Shown piece by piece: positions 60,339-64,000 of a DNA stretch of 64,000 nucleotides (position 1 is the stretch's first letter; each line of letters opens with the position of its first letter). The stretch covers positions 11,284,001 through 11,348,000 of the forward strand of contig JBHGNT010000009.1 of assembly GCA_043228905.1 (NCBI GenBank), given 5' to 3'. Made by a program: the position numbers and the translations under genes. Below the pieces are notes generated by a model that was given only the letters and a program-made list of their open reading frames with translations, had not been told where the DNA came from and made no database searches. Source of the DNA: Azolla caroliniana (Eukaryota; Plantae; Polypodiophyta).

Positions 60339-63300
60339 TGTTCGCCATCCAACAAGGAGTGGAGGACAATCCAGAATGTGAAAGGGCAGGAATAATCGGA
60401 AGTTGTTATTAGGATATTAAGTAATTAAGTATACTTTGAGAAGTGAATGGACGAACTGGAATCGGTATGCCGATCCGGATCCGGACCGGTTCATAGTAGT
60501 GTGCCGGTTGGCACCATTTTGTATGCAAAGCCGGTGATCTATAAAAAGGCACGGTTACATTGTAAATGGGGATGGATAATTAATAAAAGTTCTATTGCCT
60601 TATCTCTGTGTATTGATTACCGTTCTATGCTAATTACTTCCTATATTACGCGCATATTAAGATTCATCATATTTTGCTTAAGTAACCGATATAGGTCTAA
60701 TTAATCGTCGGTCTAACTCTATCTCACCGTAACACCCTTTGGTGAAGTGTCTTCCGTAGACACCTTGTGTTAGGCTATTTTCCAGACCTTAGGAGCAACA
60801 CAGTTTTTGGCGACCACGATTCTTGCATAAGCGCAGCGAACAACAGCGGGAATGGATGACTAGACCAACAAGCGGACCGGTTACAGATCGAGCAAGGAGA
60901 CTCGCTGAGCGGCTGCAGAAGCGAGAAGCCTTCCAGTAGGCGGCGGAAGAGATTCGTTCGGATCAATCTTTTTCCAAAGTGATCCGGCTAGTGGCCGAGG
61001 AGTCACTCCATTTGCAACAAGATTTCCACCCCGACAAAGGAAGCAACTTAAGTAGTCTTCGGGAAACGGAATCCCTTCCGCAGGCATTAATGGCAGGAGA
61101 AGGCGATTCAGAACCATTTTCGTCCTTTGAATCGGACTCGTTCGGTGAATATAGCGCTCATTCTAATTACCGCAGCAGTCACGACACCCCAGATAGACCG
61201 GCGGACGAGGAATCGGATACCTTACCGACACCGGAACCAGAATTGACAGAGCTGGAAGCCACAGACCGGACAAGGACTGAGCAAACCTCAACATCCGAAG
61301 CAGAGGAGGAAAGACCTCCCACAAAGGAAGAAAGACCTCCGACAGAGGAGGAGGAGAGACCTCTGACACCACCGGCCCGCATTCCAACACCGGACGACGA
61401 CATGTTGTTTCAATATCCCAAGTACCAGGATGATCCGGACACAGAGGCCCATGTCTATGCATTTCAGCAGACCTGGGAAGCGAATCATGTGTCACAGCGC
61501 TTAACTGCGGCCGAAACAGAACGCTCAAAGATGGCGAAGTTTGGCATGACCCTGGAAGGACGGCGCTTGACGCAAGATCCGAGCACCATCACGACGTTTG
61601 AGGCCTTGAAAACTAAATTTTTACACTTTTTTCACAAAGAGGTGGTTCAATGGGAAATGGTCGGCCTATTTTATACCATCCGGCAGGAGCCCACGGAGAA
61701 CATTCAACAATTTGTAATCCGATTCCAATGAATGCACAGCTAGCTCAGTCGGGCACCACTCGAGGAAGAGACAAAGGCGATATTCCTAGCAGCACTCCGA
61801 GACCCCTACGAACGGTGTGCACAGTCATTGATTTCCGCACGAGCTCCGTCGACCAGGTCATAGACCGAGTCAGGGAAATGGAAAACTCCAGCTCGTGGCT
61901 GAAGATGGGAGCACTCCAACGAACATTACCAACCAATGAAGACCTCCGATTTCGACAAGAAATTCAATGTACGACTTGCCTGAATGCCGAACACTCGGCG
62001 CTGGACTGCACCATGCGTTCTCAATGCTTGCTTTGCTATTCCAGAAACCACACAATGGATCGGTGCGAGTATAACTTGTTGAATCGGCAAGCGCCACCGG
62101 TCTGGCAAATCGAACCATGGAGCAACCAGGAGGACGAAGAAGAGCGCTGGCGGCGAGAGGAGCGTTACCGACCGGCACAAGATGTATGGTACAGTGATCG
62201 AAGAGACGCTTATGACCACGATCGGTATGATAGATATGATAGATATCGAAACTATAATGGGGAACGGAATGAGCGATACAACCGGGATCACTCCCTCGGT
62301 TACAACCCACGAAGGGAGGACTATGGGAAGTATGATGACCGTCCCTAACAGGATTACCGGAACAAAAGGCATTTCAACAAAAAAAGGCATTTCAATAAAA
62401 AAGGAGATCACCAACGGGACTCGGAAAAGGGTACACCAAGCACCCAAGTAGACCAAGGCCAAGCACTTACAACAGTACCTCAACCGGGTGCCAAAGCAAA
62501 AGTAGAATCCAGCAACAGTAACCAATGTCCGGCGAAAAGCTACGATAAGTGACCAGCGGTAAACATGGTGGTAGCGGATGTCGCGGACATACAACAAGTG
62601 ACCACGAGGTCAAAAGGAAAAGCAACGAAATGGGAAACCCAAGAAGCCATCCGGAAGCAGGCCACCGAATGGGTAAAGAAGGAAAATGAGCGGAATGTGG
62701 CAGAACTGGAACAACAAAAGGAGAATCCAGAGGAGCCCAACGGTAATAACCAGGCGGAAAACCCAACATGGCAGGCGTTGCAAGAATGCCAAATCACGCT
62801 GCCATTAGGTCAGCTATTGCAGTTAGTACCTCAGTTTATGGAAGGACTGAAGACGGGAATGACTGCGGTTGACACGCCATCGGCTCCGACGTTCTTTTCT
62901 AATCCGGAGGAAGGACCGACGGTAGTGGACACGAGCAGTCCGGCTATCACAGCCATCGTCAAGGGACGAGAGCTACCCGGAACGATTATTGACGGAGGAT
63001 CCGACGTGAACGTGATTAGCCTCCGAACTTGTAATACCCTAGGAATCCAGGACTGGGAGCCATGCCCGTTTTGGCTCCGGATGGCGAACACAAGTTCAAT
63101 AAGACCTACCGGATTGATACGAGATTTGGAAGTGACTATCAGAGGTCACACATTTCGCATCTCGGCAATAGTCCTCCAGCTCAATGCACAAGGGGCATAT
63201 CCACTATTGTTGGGCCGCCCATGGCTAAAAATAGTGCACATCAAGCAAAACTGGTGGAAAAACATAATTACTTTCCGGCGCGGCAAAGCGAAAGTACGAG

Positions 63301-64000
63301 TACCTACACTACCACGTTCGAGTACCGACAAGGAGCTAACACCGATGTATGCGGAATGTGTCAATATGCTTGAAGGATTGGCTAATGAAGAGGTCGATCA
63401 TTACTTACAGGAGAATCCGAAAATTGTACCTTTATTTGAAATTGATGTCGCCAAAGCAGTGGCACCATATATAATGCAACTGGAGTATGCCGTTGAAGAA
63501 CCGGAAAAAGAAGCCATCAGAGAGTTACGGCAAGCGCAGGAAACTTTGGAGAAGGAATTGGTAGTATCTCAACACGTAAAAACCTCTGAACTGGAAGATG
63601 TAAACCTAGGCACCACAAAAGACACAAGACCAGTTCACATCGCCAAAGAAATGACTCCAGGAAGGAAGATAGCAATGATCACCTTATTAAAGGAGTTCCG
63701 GGATGTGTTCGCGTGGTCTTACGAGGACATGCAGGGGCTAGATCCTCAGTTGTATCAACACCATATACATCTGAGTAAGGATGCCAAGCCGGTGGCGCAA
63801 CGGCGCTACCGTATGAACCCTAACTATGCAGCAAAAGTGAAGGACGAAAGCGACAAATTGTTACGGGTAGGGTTCATCCGACCGGTCAAGAAGGCGACAT
63901 GGCTGAGTCTGATAGTCGTCGTACTAAAAAAGAACGGAAAAATCAGGGTACGTGTCGACTACCGGAAGTTGAATGCGGCAACGGTAACCGACGCCTTCCC
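60339..64000 (+). mobile_element. Non-chromovirus Ty3/gypsy (related to 16747-42003): 5' LTR 60339-~60802, Arg-type PBS 60808-60817, degenerate gag-PR and RT start; continues beyond the window
   Basis: TG start where homology to the host ends; TGGCGACCAC after the LTR; gag (FQYPKY…WEANHVSQRL; CTTCLNAEHSALDC, CLLCYSRNHTMDRC), PR (IIDGGS), RT (FAWSYEDM…VDYRKLN). Confidence 0.9.

Overview
Eukaryotic, almost entirely transposon-derived window, most likely from a seed-free land plant (inferred from a Tcn1-type chromovirus, a PLS-class PPR remnant and Met-i/Arg/Trp primer sites). No intact host gene is visible. Structure: (i) 1-7968, an LTR end inside a minus-strand Ty1/copia, itself inside a plus-strand copia. 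(ii) 8708-~42260, a four-level nest: a copia contains a Tcn1-like chromovirus (10477-15524) and a non-chromovirus Ty3/gypsy (16747-42003); the gypsy contains a copia (18081-26839, itself holding a 4.8-kb DNA-transposon-like insert with an 8-bp TSD), a solo LTR (29632-30399) and a second chromovirus (31003-38101). (iii) An L1 fragment and degenerate repeats. (iv) A Trp-primed Ty3 (44893-56828) containing a young, nearly intact copia (46294-51809). (v) A second copy of that Ty3 family, interrupted by another gypsy (60339-end). The most notable signals are non-coding. tRNA-like A-box/B-box cassettes sit at canonical spacing in the LTRs of two different families. The Tcn1-like element has a Tf1-style self-priming signature. 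Two predicted -1 ribosomal frameshift cassettes (slippery heptamer, 6-nt spacer, stem/pseudoknot) are present, one of which separates Gag-protease from RT. All coordinates, alignments and pairings were read by eye; nothing was computed or searched.
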